From assembly GCA_964397915.1 (NCBI GenBank), contig CAYNLA010000001.1:7542-71541 (forward strand): a stretch of 64,000 bases of DNA, written 5' to 3'. The notes below the pieces were generated by a model. That model saw nothing but the letters and a program-made list of their open reading frames with translations. It was not told the origin of the DNA and did not search any database. Of the stretch, positions 1-10,878 are shown piece by piece. How positions within the stretch are numbered: position 1 is the first letter of the stretch; every line of letters starts with the position of its first letter. The position numbers were made by a program, and so were the translations under genes. This DNA is from an uncultured Polaribacter sp. GTDB taxonomy: Bacteria; Bacteroidota; Bacteroidia; Flavobacteriales; Schleiferiaceae.

Positions 1-1780
1 CCAGAGGAGAGCCTGAGTGCCAAATTCCTTCAAGGCGGTGTCCACGCGTACGAACAATAGTTGGAGCCATCTGACCACCAACAGTTCTGTAATGCACAGT
101 TGCCAAGTCATCCGACATTATTTGCAATGCATAAAGTAAATAGTCCAAGTACTGAATTTCAGCAATTGGTCGAAGACCACGCATGGCCAACCCAATTCCT
201 TGTCCCATTATTGTTGCCTCACGAATCCCAGCATCCGATACACGAGTTTCTCCATATTTGGCTTGCATACCCTCTAGACCCTGGTTGACATCTCCAATTT
301 TACCCGAATCCTCACCAAAAACCATGGCTTGAGGGTACTTACTGAATAAGGCGTCGAAATTATCACGAATGACAATGCGAGCATCTACCGATTCCGAACC
401 ACTAAGATCAGGTGCTACGAATTCTAGTAATTTTTCTTCGTCATTTGGGTTGTACAGGTGAGAGCTATAACGACGTTCTTGCTCAGCAGTTGCTGTACGT
501 AGCCATTGCTTCATCGCACTTTGATCGATCTTTGGGTCATTGGCTGTCAATCGAATAGCCTTACGGACCGCTTTAATTGACATGGCTGCGTCTAGATCTA
601 CTTGAGCCTCCAATTCTTGAATTAGAGGGGTAACAAATATTCCTTTTTCACCTATCTGCTGAACGGGTCGTAATAACCCAAGAGCCTCAGTGCGGAGGGT
701 AGAAGGAAGGCTTTGGAAAATGGACCAAGCTTCTTTTTTACCTTCTCGAGCAGCCTTTTTAGCTTCTTGCTCAACTTCGTTTAGTTCTTCCTGTGTGGCA
801 ATTCCACGCTCAATAATCCAATTTCCAAATTGAAGGATACAATCATGATCTTTCTCCCATTGCAAGCGCTCGGGGCTTTTGTAGCGCTCGTGCGATCCTG
901 AAGTACTATGTCCTTGAGGTTGGGTCATTCCTTTAACATGAATCAACACGGGAACATGCTCTTCGCGAGCAACTTTTGAAGCGCGAAGGAATGTCTTGAT
1001 CAACTCGGGGTAATCCCAAGCTTGTACAACGAAAATATCATACCCTTTTCCGTTCTCGTCACGTTGGAAACCCTTTAAGATTTCAGAGATATTTTCTTTT
1101 GTCGTTTGGTATTCGGCCCCGACGGAAATTCCGTATTCGTCATCCCAAACAGAAATAACCATGGGTACTTGGAGTACGCCTGCTGCATTAATCGTCTCAA
1201 AGAATAAACCTTCAGAAGTAGAGGCGTTACCAATTGTACCCCATGCTACTTCGTTTCCATTATTTGAGAATTTCTCAGATCCATCAAATTTCACCTCTTT
1301 GTAAACCTTAGAGGCTTGAGCCAGACCAAGTAATCGAGGCATTTGCCCCGCCGTAGGACTTATATCTGAAGAACTGTTGTACTGTTTGGTTAAATCAACC
1401 CAATTCCCATTTTCATCTAAAGATCTTGTGGCAAAGTGGCCGTTCATTTGGCGCCCACCTGCCATTGGCTCTACGTTTACGTCCGTAACGGCATATAATG
1501 AGGTGAAGAAGCTCGTTGCATCCATCTCTCCGAGGGCCATCATAAAGGTTTGGTCTCTGTAATATCCAGAACGGAAATCACCTAATTCGAAAGCTTTAGC
1601 CCATGCTATTTGGGCCAATTCTTTACCTGCTCCAAAAATTCCAAATTTTGCTTTTCCTGTGAGAACTTCACGTCGTCCCATGAGGGAACATTCTCTAGAC
1701 ATTGTTGCAATTCGGTAGTCCTCAAGGACTTCCGTTTTGTATTCCTGGTAGCTGATTTCTTTGGTATGTTTCTCTGTCAT
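1..1780 (-). CDS. 2-oxoacid dehydrogenase E1 component, fused alpha/beta, TPP-dependent; C-terminal end cut by window edge
   Basis: Own translation from ATG at 1780-1778: MTEKHTKEISYQEYKTEVLEDYRIATMSRECSLMGRREVLTGKAKFGIFGAGKELAQIAW... The frame stays open to position 1 (...VIRTRGHRLEGIWHSGSPL). It is absent from the ORF track because there is no stop in the window. Confidence 0.8.
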   Translation of the reverse strand, partial: MTEKHTKEISYQEYKTEVLEDYRIATMSRECSLMGRREVLTGKAKFGIFGAGKELAQIAWAKAFELGDFRSGYYRDQTFMMALGEMDATSFFTSLYAVTDVNVEPMAGGRQMNGHFATRSLDENGNWVDLTKQYNSSSDISPTAGQMPRLLGLAQASKVYKEVKFDGSEKFSNNGNEVAWGTIGNASTSEGLFFETINAAGVLQVPMVISVWDDEYGISVGAEYQTTKENISEILKGFQRDENGKGYDIFVVQAWDYPELIKTFLRASKVAREEHVPVLIHVKGMTQPQGHSTSGSHERYKSPERLQWEKDHDCILQFGNWIIERGIATQEELNEVEQEAKKAAREGKKEAWSIFQSLPSTLRTEALGLLRPVQQIGEKGIFVTPLIQELEAQVDLDAAMSIKAVRKAIRLTANDPKIDQSAMKQWLRTATAEQERRYSSHLYNPNDEEKLLEFVAPDLSGSESVDARIVIRDNFDALFSKYPQAMVFGEDSGKIGDVNQGLEGMQAKYGETRVSDAGIREATIMGQGIGLAMRGLRPIAEIQYLDYLLYALQIMSDDLATVHYRTVGGQMAPTIVRTRGHRLEGIWHSGSPL

Positions 1781-1827
1781 GTGATAGGGTTGATTTTACT
1801 CCCTACAAATATACGACAGAATAGGCC

Positions 1828-2019
1828 CTACATTATTCGCTTGAAGACGAAGAGAACGAACAAGGTGATTACAATGAATAACATCACCTGAATACCGCCA
1901 CTTTTGTAATGGACATTGTGCAATTTCAAGTCCTTGCGATAGCTGTAGATTAAATAGGATAGAAATGCGATAGCAAATAAGCCTGCGAATATCCAATGAC
2001 CGGTTGTTATGTTTTCCAT
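1828..2019 (-). CDS. small membrane protein, two hydrophobic helices, unknown function
   Basis: 63-aa ORF filling the gap between E1 and the MazG-like gene. It has two hydrophobic segments (WIFAGLFAIAFLSYLIY and VMLFIVITLFVLFVF). No family recognised. Confidence 0.4.
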   Translation of the reverse strand: MENITTGHWIFAGLFAIAFLSYLIYSYRKDLKLHNVHYKSGGIQVMLFIVITLFVLFVFKRIM

Positions 2020-2061
2020 GTTGTAAATTTACATTCCATTGTATGAATAGACTTGATTCCC

Positions 2062-2457
2062 ATGAAGAAACAATTAGAACACGTAGAAAAATTCCATAAC
2101 ACTTTCGGCATAAATAATCAGTATGCCCCAACTAGTGCTATTTCTGATGCTACCATAGATCTGAGATTTCGATTAATGGCAGAGGAAAATGAAGAATACC
2201 TCGAAGCTGCCAAAGCAGGAGATTTAGTCGAGGTTGCGGATGCCTTGGGTGATATGATGTACATTCTATGTGGAACCATATTAAGCCATGGAATGCAGCA
2301 TGTAATAGAGGAAGTTTTTGAGGAAATTCAGGCTTCCAATATGAGTAAATTGGGGGAGGATGGGAACCCTATTTACAGAGAAGATGGTAAGGTCATGAAA
2401 GGACCAGGGTATTTCAAACCTAATATTGCCGCGGTATTAGACCGAATGAGAGGCTAG
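2062..2457 (+). CDS. MazG-like nucleotide pyrophosphohydrolase family protein
   Basis: All-alpha MazG/HisE-like pattern: RFRLMAEENEEYLEA...EVADALGDMMYILCG. ATG at 2062 preferred over the TTG at 2053. Confidence 0.65.
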   Translation: MKKQLEHVEKFHNTFGINNQYAPTSAISDATIDLRFRLMAEENEEYLEAAKAGDLVEVADALGDMMYILCGTILSHGMQHVIEEVFEEIQASNMSKLGEDGNPIYREDGKVMKGPGYFKPNIAAVLDRMRG

Positions 2458-3938
2458 GGGAGTAAATCAGATTTTGTAGGTCGTTGCTCAAACTTTGGTG
2501 TGCAACCATTCAATGATGTTGTCTCAGCTTGATTCAGCGGGGCGTATTTCGCTTGGACATCACGAGCCATTTGAACACGCTTCACCTCACCATTCATAAA
2601 TTTTAAACGCAACCAAGAACAGGTACTATTATTTACCCCTTGGGCTTGCGTTTCTGAGACATTGAACAGCAAGCTTTGAGTATTGCCTTCTAATCGGACC
2701 ATTTTCATCTGGTTGTCATCGAAATATCCGCTCAAAGACTTACCAACCACTTGGTCAAAATAGAGGCTGTCCTTGGTTTGATTCATAATCTTGACATTAC
2801 CAATCATATAAATACTGTCCAATTGTTTCTTCAAAAGCTTTAATGCGGCAGAGTCCGCTTCAAATTGACTTTGAGAGCTCCACAGTGTCGGCATTGGATA
2901 CAATGAAAGAAACTGAGTCGATTCATCATAGAAAAAATTACTGCTTTTCCCCTGAAAATCAGGGCTGAAGAATTGTGTCGCCCCCTTTAAGTATACTCGT
3001 TTATCCGTGCTATCTGATCGGATAAAAAGTGAATCGCCAATTGCATAAAGCGTATCGCTGTTCATCGATTGCTTATAATGTACGGGAGTATACGCATCCA
3101 CAAATACTGGATTTGATGCATAGTTTATGTAGTCGCTCTCAAGCACAAATCCCTCAGTTGTATCTGCAACCATGGCGTTACCAACCAATACCCCAGACTC
3201 TATCTTAAGATTATATTCTAAAGAATTGGATTTAATAAAACGCTTCGGAGACCTCATTGTAGCACCATCTCGAAGATGGAGTAAGCGTTCATCTGCTTCG
3301 TAGTTCCCTGAACGACAATTCAATACCGTGCTGTCCTTTATCATTTCAGTAGGGCCTGCGAACTCATAATGGTTTTTATTTGGACTGTAGAGTAATGTAT
3401 CTGTAGTCATGTAGAACGAGGTGTCCTTTGCGATTACATTTCCTCGAAGTTTGACCAAATCAGCATCTGTATTGAAACTTCCAACGTCTGCCGTTAAGGC
3501 TAAACTCTTCCGCTCAAGAGTAGATCTCGTGATAAAATATGCGGTGGAGTTATTTCTATTGAATCTAAGACTCGTTGTTTCAAGTCTAGAAGAAGGCGTC
3601 GTTAAAATGACTTCTTTCGAGATGACGAAAACACGATCGTTACCGTTGTAATCGAGACGTTTTCCCTGCACTCGAATGGTGTCCGATTGAACGATTCGAA
3701 CATTACCGAAAGCCTGGAACGTATTCGCTGGTTGAATCAAAATAGCTGAATCGCAATACATCTTTGCAACATCTTGCTGTAAACCAACATTTCCACGAAG
3801 ATAAAAGGTGCGTGAGTCATCACTTCCTTTAACAATATCGGTGATATCGCTACTAAGAATAGAAATTCTTGTTTGGCCCCAACCTATGCTAAGGGTGGAG
3901 AAAAAAAGGGCCACACAAAGTTGTATGGCCTTTCTCAT
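2454..3938 (-). CDS. OstA/LptA-like repeat protein, secreted
   Basis: Signal peptide MRKAIQLCVALFFSTLSIGWGQ. Repeated LptA/OstA-like beta-jellyroll strings (YLRGNVGLQQD...AFGNVRIVQSD...LRGNVIAKD). Its start overlaps the purA stop by 1 nt. Confidence 0.55.
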   Translation of the reverse strand: MRKAIQLCVALFFSTLSIGWGQTRISILSSDITDIVKGSDDSRTFYLRGNVGLQQDVAKMYCDSAILIQPANTFQAFGNVRIVQSDTIRVQGKRLDYNGNDRVFVISKEVILTTPSSRLETTSLRFNRNNSTAYFITRSTLERKSLALTADVGSFNTDADLVKLRGNVIAKDTSFYMTTDTLLYSPNKNHYEFAGPTEMIKDSTVLNCRSGNYEADERLLHLRDGATMRSPKRFIKSNSLEYNLKIESGVLVGNAMVADTTEGFVLESDYINYASNPVFVDAYTPVHYKQSMNSDTLYAIGDSLFIRSDSTDKRVYLKGATQFFSPDFQGKSSNFFYDESTQFLSLYPMPTLWSSQSQFEADSAALKLLKKQLDSIYMIGNVKIMNQTKDSLYFDQVVGKSLSGYFDDNQMKMVRLEGNTQSLLFNVSETQAQGVNNSTCSWLRLKFMNGEVKRVQMARDVQAKYAPLNQAETTSLNGCTPKFEQRPTKSDLLP

Positions 3939-5209
3939 TATTTTCTCATAATTGTTTGCGCTCTATCCGGACCCACACTAACAAGTGTGATAGGAACACC
4001 CACTTCAGCCTCAATGAAAGCAATGTAATCCTTGAATGTTTGCGGGAACTCGTCCTCTGCAACCATCTTAGTCAGATCTTCCTCCCATCCAGTCATCTCA
4101 GTGTATATAGGCTCTATCAGGTCTTCTTGAAGCTTGTATGGCAAATGGTCGATAACTTCACCTTTGTACTTGTATGCTGTACAAATTTGTAGATTTCCTA
4201 TACCGGATAATACATCTGCCTTCATCATCATTAACTCTGTAACGCCATTTACATTGATAGCGTATTTCAACGCCGGTAAATCTAACCAACCACAACGTCG
4301 AGGACGCCCAGTAGTAGCACCGAACTCATGACCATTTGACTGGATCGTTTCACCCAGGGCGTCAAAAAGTTCTGTAGGGAAGGGGCCTGAGCCAACTCTC
4401 GTACAATAGGCCTTGAAAATACCGTATACATTTTTGATTTTGTTTGGCGCAATACCCATACCTGTACAAGCACCTGCACAAGTTGTATTGGATGAGGTGA
4501 CAAATGGATAGGTTCCAAAATCGATATCCAATAATGTTCCTTGTGCTCCTTCAGCCAAAATGGTTTTTCCTTCCGCCATTTTCGTATGGAAATACGGCTC
4601 ACTGTCAATGATATCAAGCGATCTTAGATATTCAACAGCGGCAAACCACGTAGGTTCTAATTCTTCTAGGTTGTATTCAAAATCGGCATACCCACCTAAA
4701 AGTTGCTCATGTTTAGCAACCAATTGATCGTATAATTCTTGGAAATTATCCAATTGAATATCCCCGACACGCAAACCGTTTCTGCCGGTTTTGTCCATAT
4801 AGGTAGGACCAATTCCCTTCAAAGTGGAACCGATTTTCTTTTTGCCCTTTGAACTTTCACTTGCAGCATCAAGCAATCTATGTGTTGGAAGAATCAAATG
4901 TGCCTTGCGCGAAATTTTCAAGCGTGACAAAACATCAGGCTCTTGGGCAATCAGTTTATCTAGCTCAGTCTTGAAGATTACGGGGTCAATTACAACACCA
5001 TTTCCTACAACATTCATCACACCTTGGTGAAATACACCTGAAGGAATGGTATGTAGGACATGTTTTTTGCCCTCAAATTCTAAGGTGTGACCTGCATTAG
5101 GGCCGCCCTGGAACCTTGCGATGATATCATATTGACGCGTCAATACATCTACAATTTTACCTTTTCCTTCATCACCCCATTGGAGCCCAAGAAGCACATC
5201 TACTGCCAT
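3938..5209 (-). CDS. purA: adenylosuccinate synthase
   Basis: N-terminus MAVDVLLGLQWGDEGKGKIVD with P-loop, GPNAGHT, TTGRPRRCGW; 423 aa. Confidence 0.97.
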   Translation of the reverse strand: MAVDVLLGLQWGDEGKGKIVDVLTRQYDIIARFQGGPNAGHTLEFEGKKHVLHTIPSGVFHQGVMNVVGNGVVIDPVIFKTELDKLIAQEPDVLSRLKISRKAHLILPTHRLLDAASESSKGKKKIGSTLKGIGPTYMDKTGRNGLRVGDIQLDNFQELYDQLVAKHEQLLGGYADFEYNLEELEPTWFAAVEYLRSLDIIDSEPYFHTKMAEGKTILAEGAQGTLLDIDFGTYPFVTSSNTTCAGACTGMGIAPNKIKNVYGIFKAYCTRVGSGPFPTELFDALGETIQSNGHEFGATTGRPRRCGWLDLPALKYAINVNGVTELMMMKADVLSGIGNLQICTAYKYKGEVIDHLPYKLQEDLIEPIYTEMTGWEEDLTKMVAEDEFPQTFKDYIAFIEAEVGVPITLVSVGPDRAQTIMRK

Positions 5210-5211
5210 AT

Positions 5212-5661
5212 TTAGTTGTTGTTGGACGGTTTTCTCTTTGCGTAGAAGTAAAGACTATGACTTTCAACCTCTACACCGAAAAGATCTTCGATAGTTTGTT
5301 TAATGTTTTGAATTCTTGGATCACAAAATTCGAATACTTCGCCTGTATCCGTGAGAATAACGTGATCGTGTTGTTTGTTGAAATACGATTTCTCGTAAAA
5401 GCTTTGGTTCTGACCAAACTGATGTTTGCGAACTAAACCACATGTAATTAGTAATTCAATGGTATTGTACAATGTGGCACGCGAAACGCGATAATTCTTA
5501 TTCTTCATGTTTAGATACAAGGTCTCTACATCAAAGTGGTCGTCATTTTCGTAGACCTCCTTTAAAATAGCAAAGCGTTCAGGAGTCTTTCTTTGGTTGT
5601 TTTCTTCCAAATAGCGACCGAACACTTCCTTAACCTTCTCGTATGCTTCTGTTGTACCCAT
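5212..5661 (-). CDS. Fur family transcriptional regulator
   Basis: Winged-helix [26 protein letters not shown]...[13 protein letters not shown] and C-terminal HDH...C region; 149 aa. Metal specificity is not determinable. Confidence 0.8.
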   Translation of the reverse strand: MGTTEAYEKVKEVFGRYLEENNQRKTPERFAILKEVYENDDHFDVETLYLNMKNKNYRVSRATLYNTIELLITCGLVRKHQFGQNQSFYEKSYFNKQHDHVILTDTGEVFEFCDPRIQNIKQTIEDLFGVEVESHSLYFYAKRKPSNNN

Positions 5662-5689
5662 GAGAATTAAAGCGCTAAAATACGTCGTA

Positions 5690-7906
5690 TCAACTGAATT
5701 TTCCGACTCTCGATACAGTACTTATACCCTCAAGTTGTTTAATATTTTGAATGGTATCGGTTAAGGCCACTTTATCCGCGACTTCAATGGTCAATTGACC
5801 TGTGAATAACCCGTCATCGACGGAGAATGAGATGGCTTTTATATTCAGGCTTAATTCACTCGAAATAACCTTGGTAACATCATTCACTAGTCCCATCCGA
5901 TCCATGCCTTCGATGAGCAAATTGATGGTCGCCATGCTGCCTTTTTTGTCAACCCATTTTGCCTTCAATGTTCTATTGGCAAAACGACTCTGTAATAAAA
6001 CTGCATTTGGACAATCATCTCGATGAACTTTAAGTCCTTCTGCAGTCGTTACAAATCCAAACACTCGGTCGCCAGGAATGGGGTTACAACATTTTGCAAG
6101 TGTGTATTCCATTTCGTGCTCGTCAGTTCCGAATACGAGCATCAAATTCTTATTCTTCTGGGCTTCCTTTTCTAAAGGTTTTTGCTTTGCATAACTGCTC
6201 TTAACAATCTTCCGCTTGAAGTAATTTACGAGACCCGCAGTCTCTCGTGCGTATTCCCGTAATTTCTTATTGTCGATTACACCTAAACCAACCTTGTAAT
6301 ACAGTTCCTCTGGAGTTCGTAAACCGAAGAAATTGACCAATTTCTGAATATTGCTATGTGTACTTTTCAGCTTGAGTACTTTCAATTTGCGCTCAAGAGT
6401 CATTTGGCCTTGACCTGTAATGAGTTGCTTCTCTTTTTTAAGGCTTTGCTTAATTCTTTGCTTTGCCTTTCCTGTCTTTACAAATCCCAACCATTCTTCC
6501 TTGGGCTCCTGTTTTAAGGACGTTAAAACCTCGATTTGATCTCCGGACTTTATAGGTGAGCTAAGAGGGACCAACTTTCCATTGACCTTCGTTCCGAGGC
6601 AATGCGCACCTACCTCTGAATGAACGTCAAAAGCAAAATCAAGAGCGGTAGCACCTTTCGGTAGAGTGACCATTTCACCTTTAGGAGTAAAGACGAAAAT
6701 CTCACTTGAAAAAAGGTTCATTTTGAAGTTGTCAATGAAGTCTTCGCTGTCGTTATCTGGATTGTCCAAGAACTCACGAATTCTTCGCAACCAGCTGTCT
6801 AACTGATTACTGCCGGAACTATCTTCTTTATATTTCCAATGCGCTGCAAAACCATTCTCAGCGATATCATCCATTCGCTTCGTACGAATTTGAACTTCAA
6901 CCCAGTTGCCATCTGGCCCCATAACGGTGGAGTGTAGACTCTCATATCCATTACTTTTTGGAGCCGAAATCCAATCTCTTAATCGCGACGGATTAGGATT
7001 ATAATTTTCAGTTATAATGGAATACGCTTTCCAACATTCTGCTTTCTCGGCAGCTAAGGGGGTATCTAAAATTATTCGAATGGCATATTTATCATAGACC
7101 TCATCAAAAGAAATATGTTGGTTGTGCATTTTTCTTCGAATAGAATAAATGCTTTTGGTTCTTTTCTTTATTTCGAACTTCAAACCGGACTTTTTCAACT
7201 CGTCACCAACGGTTCGGGTAAACTTATTGAGATAATCAAAGTCCTTCTTCAAAAGAAGATCCATCTTGGTTTGAAGGTCCTCGAAAACTTCAGGCTCAGT
7301 ATATTTTAAACTGATATCCTCCAACTCAGTTTTGATGCGGAATAAGCCTAATCGGTGGGCTAATGGGGCATAAATGAAGAGCGTTTCGGATGCAATCTTT
7401 AATTGTTTATGCGGAGGCATGCCCTGCATGGTTCTCATATTATGCAGGCGGTCTGCCAACTTTATAAGAATCACTCGGACATCATCAGAAATGGTTAAGA
7501 GCATTTTCCGATAGTTTTCGAGCTGCATACTGCTCTCCATTCCAACTACACCAGAGATTTTGGTCAAGCCATCAATCAATCGAGCCACGTTCGGGCTAAA
7601 CATGTTTTCAATATCTTGGAGCGTGTAGTCAGAATCTTCCACGACATCATGCATCAGCGCGGTCGCAATACTCGTAGGACCCAGGCCAATTTCAGTCGCA
7701 ACGATTTGGGCTACAGCAATTGGATGCGTGATATAGGGTTCTCCAGTTTTACGGCGTACGCCTTTATGAGCATCCTTTGCCAGTTGAAAGGCACGAGTAA
7801 TGAGCTGGTTATCCGCGTCTTCAGTCTTATACTCAATACTGTTGAGCAAATCTTGGAAGGCGCCTTCTACCAATATGAAATCTCTATCCTCGTTTGTGGT
7901 CATCAA
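5690..7906 (-). CDS. spoT: bifunctional (p)ppGpp synthetase/hydrolase (RelA/SpoT homolog)
   Basis: HD hydrolase motif (HPIAVAQI...LMHDVVEDS), synthetase core (YSIRRKM...YKYAIRIIL...GYESLHSTV), TGS and C-terminal ACT-like region; 738 aa. Confidence 0.95.
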   Translation of the reverse strand: MMTTNEDRDFILVEGAFQDLLNSIEYKTEDADNQLITRAFQLAKDAHKGVRRKTGEPYITHPIAVAQIVATEIGLGPTSIATALMHDVVEDSDYTLQDIENMFSPNVARLIDGLTKISGVVGMESSMQLENYRKMLLTISDDVRVILIKLADRLHNMRTMQGMPPHKQLKIASETLFIYAPLAHRLGLFRIKTELEDISLKYTEPEVFEDLQTKMDLLLKKDFDYLNKFTRTVGDELKKSGLKFEIKKRTKSIYSIRRKMHNQHISFDEVYDKYAIRIILDTPLAAEKAECWKAYSIITENYNPNPSRLRDWISAPKSNGYESLHSTVMGPDGNWVEVQIRTKRMDDIAENGFAAHWKYKEDSSGSNQLDSWLRRIREFLDNPDNDSEDFIDNFKMNLFSSEIFVFTPKGEMVTLPKGATALDFAFDVHSEVGAHCLGTKVNGKLVPLSSPIKSGDQIEVLTSLKQEPKEEWLGFVKTGKAKQRIKQSLKKEKQLITGQGQMTLERKLKVLKLKSTHSNIQKLVNFFGLRTPEELYYKVGLGVIDNKKLREYARETAGLVNYFKRKIVKSSYAKQKPLEKEAQKNKNLMLVFGTDEHEMEYTLAKCCNPIPGDRVFGFVTTAEGLKVHRDDCPNAVLLQSRFANRTLKAKWVDKKGSMATINLLIEGMDRMGLVNDVTKVISSELSLNIKAISFSVDDGLFTGQLTIEVADKVALTDTIQNIKQLEGISTVSRVGKFS

Positions 7907-7907
7907 T

Positions 7908-8606
7908 CTAGTCGATTAAGAAAATTGCGGGTCTTTTGCTTAAATCAAAACGTTCCTGCTTCCACTGGCTGATGGTTTTCGTCTTGATTTCCTGACTATC
8001 TAAGGTAATATCTACGGCGATACAAAGTTTGGTCTCAGGATGCAAAATCGTTAAGAGTTCTTCCAAAAGTTTGTTATTCCTATAGGGCGTTTCCATAAAG
8101 ATTTGGGTGATACCGTCACGACAATCTTTGACCATGGCTTGAAAAACCCGCTTGCGAATCTGTTTGTCAAACGGAAGGTATCCTCTAAAGGTGAATTGTT
8201 GTCCATTAAAACCGCTGCCCATCAGCGCTAGAAGGATAGAGGAGGGGCCGACTAAGGGAAATACATTTAGGCCTCGACGATGCGCAATACTTACTATTTC
8301 AGCTCCTGGATCGGCCACACAGGGTACACCTGCCTCTGAAATTATACCAATATCATGTCCTTCCTCCGCAGCATCTAGAAACTTTGGTAAGTCCAAAGGA
8401 TCTGTATGTTTATCCAAGATGTCTATTCTAAGTTCTTGCTGATTTTTATCCGGCAGCATTGATTTGATGTATGCTCTTGCCGTGCGTTCATTTTCAACAA
8501 TCAAATATGTAATGCTCATCAATTTACTTTGAACATCGATGGGAATGGTTTCTGAGAAGTTTTGACCACCAAGAGTATTCGGAATTAAATAGATATTTCC
8601 TCTCAT
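7908..8606 (-). CDS. SAM-dependent methyltransferase, tetrapyrrole-methylase (RsmI/YraL-like) fold
   Basis: IYLIPNTLG N-terminus, GIISEAGVPCVADPG, GPSSILLALMGSG motifs. Confidence 0.7.
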   Translation of the reverse strand: MRGNIYLIPNTLGGQNFSETIPIDVQSKLMSITYLIVENERTARAYIKSMLPDKNQQELRIDILDKHTDPLDLPKFLDAAEEGHDIGIISEAGVPCVADPGAEIVSIAHRRGLNVFPLVGPSSILLALMGSGFNGQQFTFRGYLPFDKQIRKRVFQAMVKDCRDGITQIFMETPYRNNKLLEELLTILHPETKLCIAVDITLDSQEIKTKTISQWKQERFDLSKRPAIFLID

Positions 8607-9049
8607 ACGTTTCTTTCAATAAATGCATTAATGGCTTGTTCAAGCATTTCAAACACCTCAGAAAATCCACTTTGACCGCCAGTATACGGATCTGGGACCT
8701 GCCTGTTCTCGCCCGGATAGATTTCATTCATAATCAGTCTAACTTTTGAAGCACTTTGCTCATCTGGGGCTAAGCGCACAATGTTGCTATAGTTTGATGA
8801 GTCCATTGCGAAAATGACATCAAAATTTTCAAAGTCTTGAACTTGAAATTGTCGGGAGCGCTGATGATCAATGGATATACCATTTCGTCGAGCCTCTAAT
8901 ACCGAACGTGTATCAGGTCGTTCACCTTGATGCCAACCGGAGGTACCTGCAGAATCTACGGACCAATGTTCGGGTAATTTTGCTTCGAGAATTCCGTGAG
9001 CTAGTGGGGAACGGCAAATATTGCCTAGGCAAACCATTAGAATTTTCAT
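8603..9049 (-). CDS. low molecular weight protein-tyrosine phosphatase
   Basis: Active-site loop MKILMVCLGNICRSP (CX5R) and DP general-acid motif (QVPDPY); 148 aa. Confidence 0.9.
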   Translation of the reverse strand: MKILMVCLGNICRSPLAHGILEAKLPEHWSVDSAGTSGWHQGERPDTRSVLEARRNGISIDHQRSRQFQVQDFENFDVIFAMDSSNYSNIVRLAPDEQSASKVRLIMNEIYPGENRQVPDPYTGGQSGFSEVFEMLEQAINAFIERNV

Positions 9050-9051
9050 AA

Positions 9052-9082
9052 TAAAAAAAGTCAGTACCCGAAGATACTGACT
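9052..9082 (-). terminator. rho-independent terminator downstream of dnaA
   Basis: 8-bp stem AGTCAGTA(9059-9066)/TACTGACT(9075-9082). On the minus strand it is followed by a T-run (plus-strand A-run 9053-9059). Confidence 0.7.
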
Positions 9083-9106
9083 CTAATAGCATTCATTAAA
9101 AATGTC

Positions 9107-10540
9107 TTATGATAATGTGAGTCTTTTCTGTAAATCCTCCACATAAGTTCTGAAGCGCTTGTCTGTTTCCTTCAGATTATTTACCGTTCTGCAAGCATGC
9201 AAGACTGTCGCATGGTCTTTATTACCACATTGTTGGCCAATTGATGCAAGGCTGTTCTTGGTCAATTGTTTTGAGAAATACATAGACAACTGACGCGCTT
9301 GTACGATTTCTCTTTTTCGAGTTTTACTCTTCAACAACTCAAGAGGCATATCAAAGTAATCGCAAACGACTTTTTGAATAAAGTCAATTGAAATCTCTCT
9401 AGTCGTGCTCTTAACGAATTTATCGACCATTGACTTTACTAGGTCCATGGTGATTTCTTTTCTATTTAAGCTACTTTGGGCCAAAATAGAGATAAGGGCA
9501 CCTTCGAGCTCTCTAATGTTGGAATTGATGGCATAAGCGATGTATTCTATGATCTCTTGATCCATTTCAATACCATCGTTATACAGCTTCTTAACCAAGA
9601 TTGCAACGCGAGTTTCTAAATCCGGTTTCTGTAAATCAGCGCTCAATCCCCATTTAAAACGGCTTAACAAACGTTGCTCCATACCTTGTAGCTCCACGGG
9701 AGCACGATCCGAGGTTAGAATAATTTGATTGCCATTTTGATGGAGGTGGTTGAAAATCTCAAAGAACACATCTTGAGTTTTTTCTTTACCTGAGAAACTC
9801 TGAACATCATCGATAATGAGCACATCAATCATTTGATAGAAATGCACAAAATCATTTTTGGTGTTGTTCCGTATGCTGTCAATAAATTGTTGTGTGAATT
9901 TCTCAGCACTAACGTACAAAACGGTCTTTTCAGGGTAGTTGTCCTTTATTTCAACACCAATGGCATGAGCCAAATGGGTCTTTCCTAGACCTACACCACC
10001 ATACAACATCAAAGGATTGAATGAGGTGCCTCCTGGATTCTTAGATACCGCAAAACCCGCACTACGCGCCAATCTGTTGCAATCACCCTCGATAAAATTA
10101 TCGAAGTTGTAACTTGGATTTAGCTGAGAATCGATGTTAAGCTTTTGAAGACCGGGTATAACGAAAGGATTTTTAATGCTCTTCTCGTTTCCAATCTTCA
10201 TTGGCATGTTAACACTTTGGGGATTGATCTTCTTACGACCAGCACTTGGGAGCTTCATCGTAGGAGGTGTAGCGTTGTCGTAAGCATTCTCTAAGACAAT
10301 GCTATATACCAATTTTGCGTTCGTGCCTAACGATTTAGTAATCGCTGATCTAAGTAGTTGAATGTAGTTCTCTTCGAGGTATTCATAAAAGAACTTAGAA
10401 GGTACTTGAACAGTAAGTACAGCTCCCTGAATTTTTAGTGGTTTGATTGGCTCAAACCATGTTGCAAAACATTGTTCATCTACATTGTCATTAATGAATT
10501 GGAGTGTATCATTCCAAACGGCATTAACGCTTTTATCCAT
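9107..10540 (-). CDS. dnaA: chromosomal replication initiator DnaA
   Basis: AAA+ Walker A GGVGLGKTHL, Walker B IDDVQ, C-terminal DNA-binding helix KDHATVLHA. ATG at 10540 (MDKSVNAVWN) preferred over the TTG at 10546. Confidence 0.97.
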   Translation of the reverse strand: MDKSVNAVWNDTLQFINDNVDEQCFATWFEPIKPLKIQGAVLTVQVPSKFFYEYLEENYIQLLRSAITKSLGTNAKLVYSIVLENAYDNATPPTMKLPSAGRKKINPQSVNMPMKIGNEKSIKNPFVIPGLQKLNIDSQLNPSYNFDNFIEGDCNRLARSAGFAVSKNPGGTSFNPLMLYGGVGLGKTHLAHAIGVEIKDNYPEKTVLYVSAEKFTQQFIDSIRNNTKNDFVHFYQMIDVLIIDDVQSFSGKEKTQDVFFEIFNHLHQNGNQIILTSDRAPVELQGMEQRLLSRFKWGLSADLQKPDLETRVAILVKKLYNDGIEMDQEIIEYIAYAINSNIRELEGALISILAQSSLNRKEITMDLVKSMVDKFVKSTTREISIDFIQKVVCDYFDMPLELLKSKTRKREIVQARQLSMYFSKQLTKNSLASIGQQCGNKDHATVLHACRTVNNLKETDKRFRTYVEDLQKRLTLS

Positions 10541-10546
10541 GGTCAA

Positions 10547-10878
10547 AAAATCTCTTATCGGCGGCTGTTCAAACCTCCGTCAGTGTACAGTTAATATAAA
10601 ATGTCTGGGGCGGCAATTTTGAGGTGAGTGTGACCTCATTGTCTTGCTTTACAAATGTGTTTATAAAATCCCAATCAAAAAAATTTTTATGGGGTTGTGT
10701 TAATAAAAAGTTTTGTTTAAGGGGTTGTATAATCATCTGTTAATCAATGATTTGAGTATTCGGCCAAAAAAAATAAGTATAAATTACTGCTATGGCGCTG
10801 CCTTGTGCATAAATAGTAGAGTTTGAGCCTTTTGGGTTGTGGAATTCATCCGAAGGAAAGTTCTAAATTGAAGGCCCA
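10547..10878. promoter_or_regulatory. unusually long intergenic region between divergent dnaA and thioesterase; dnaA promoter and possible DnaA-box/oriC-related elements
   Basis: 332 bp. It has two A/T runs, one 8/9 DnaA-box match TGTGCATAA (10804-10812), and GGGGTTGT at 10691 and 10721 plus GGGTTGT at 10834. Confidence 0.3.
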
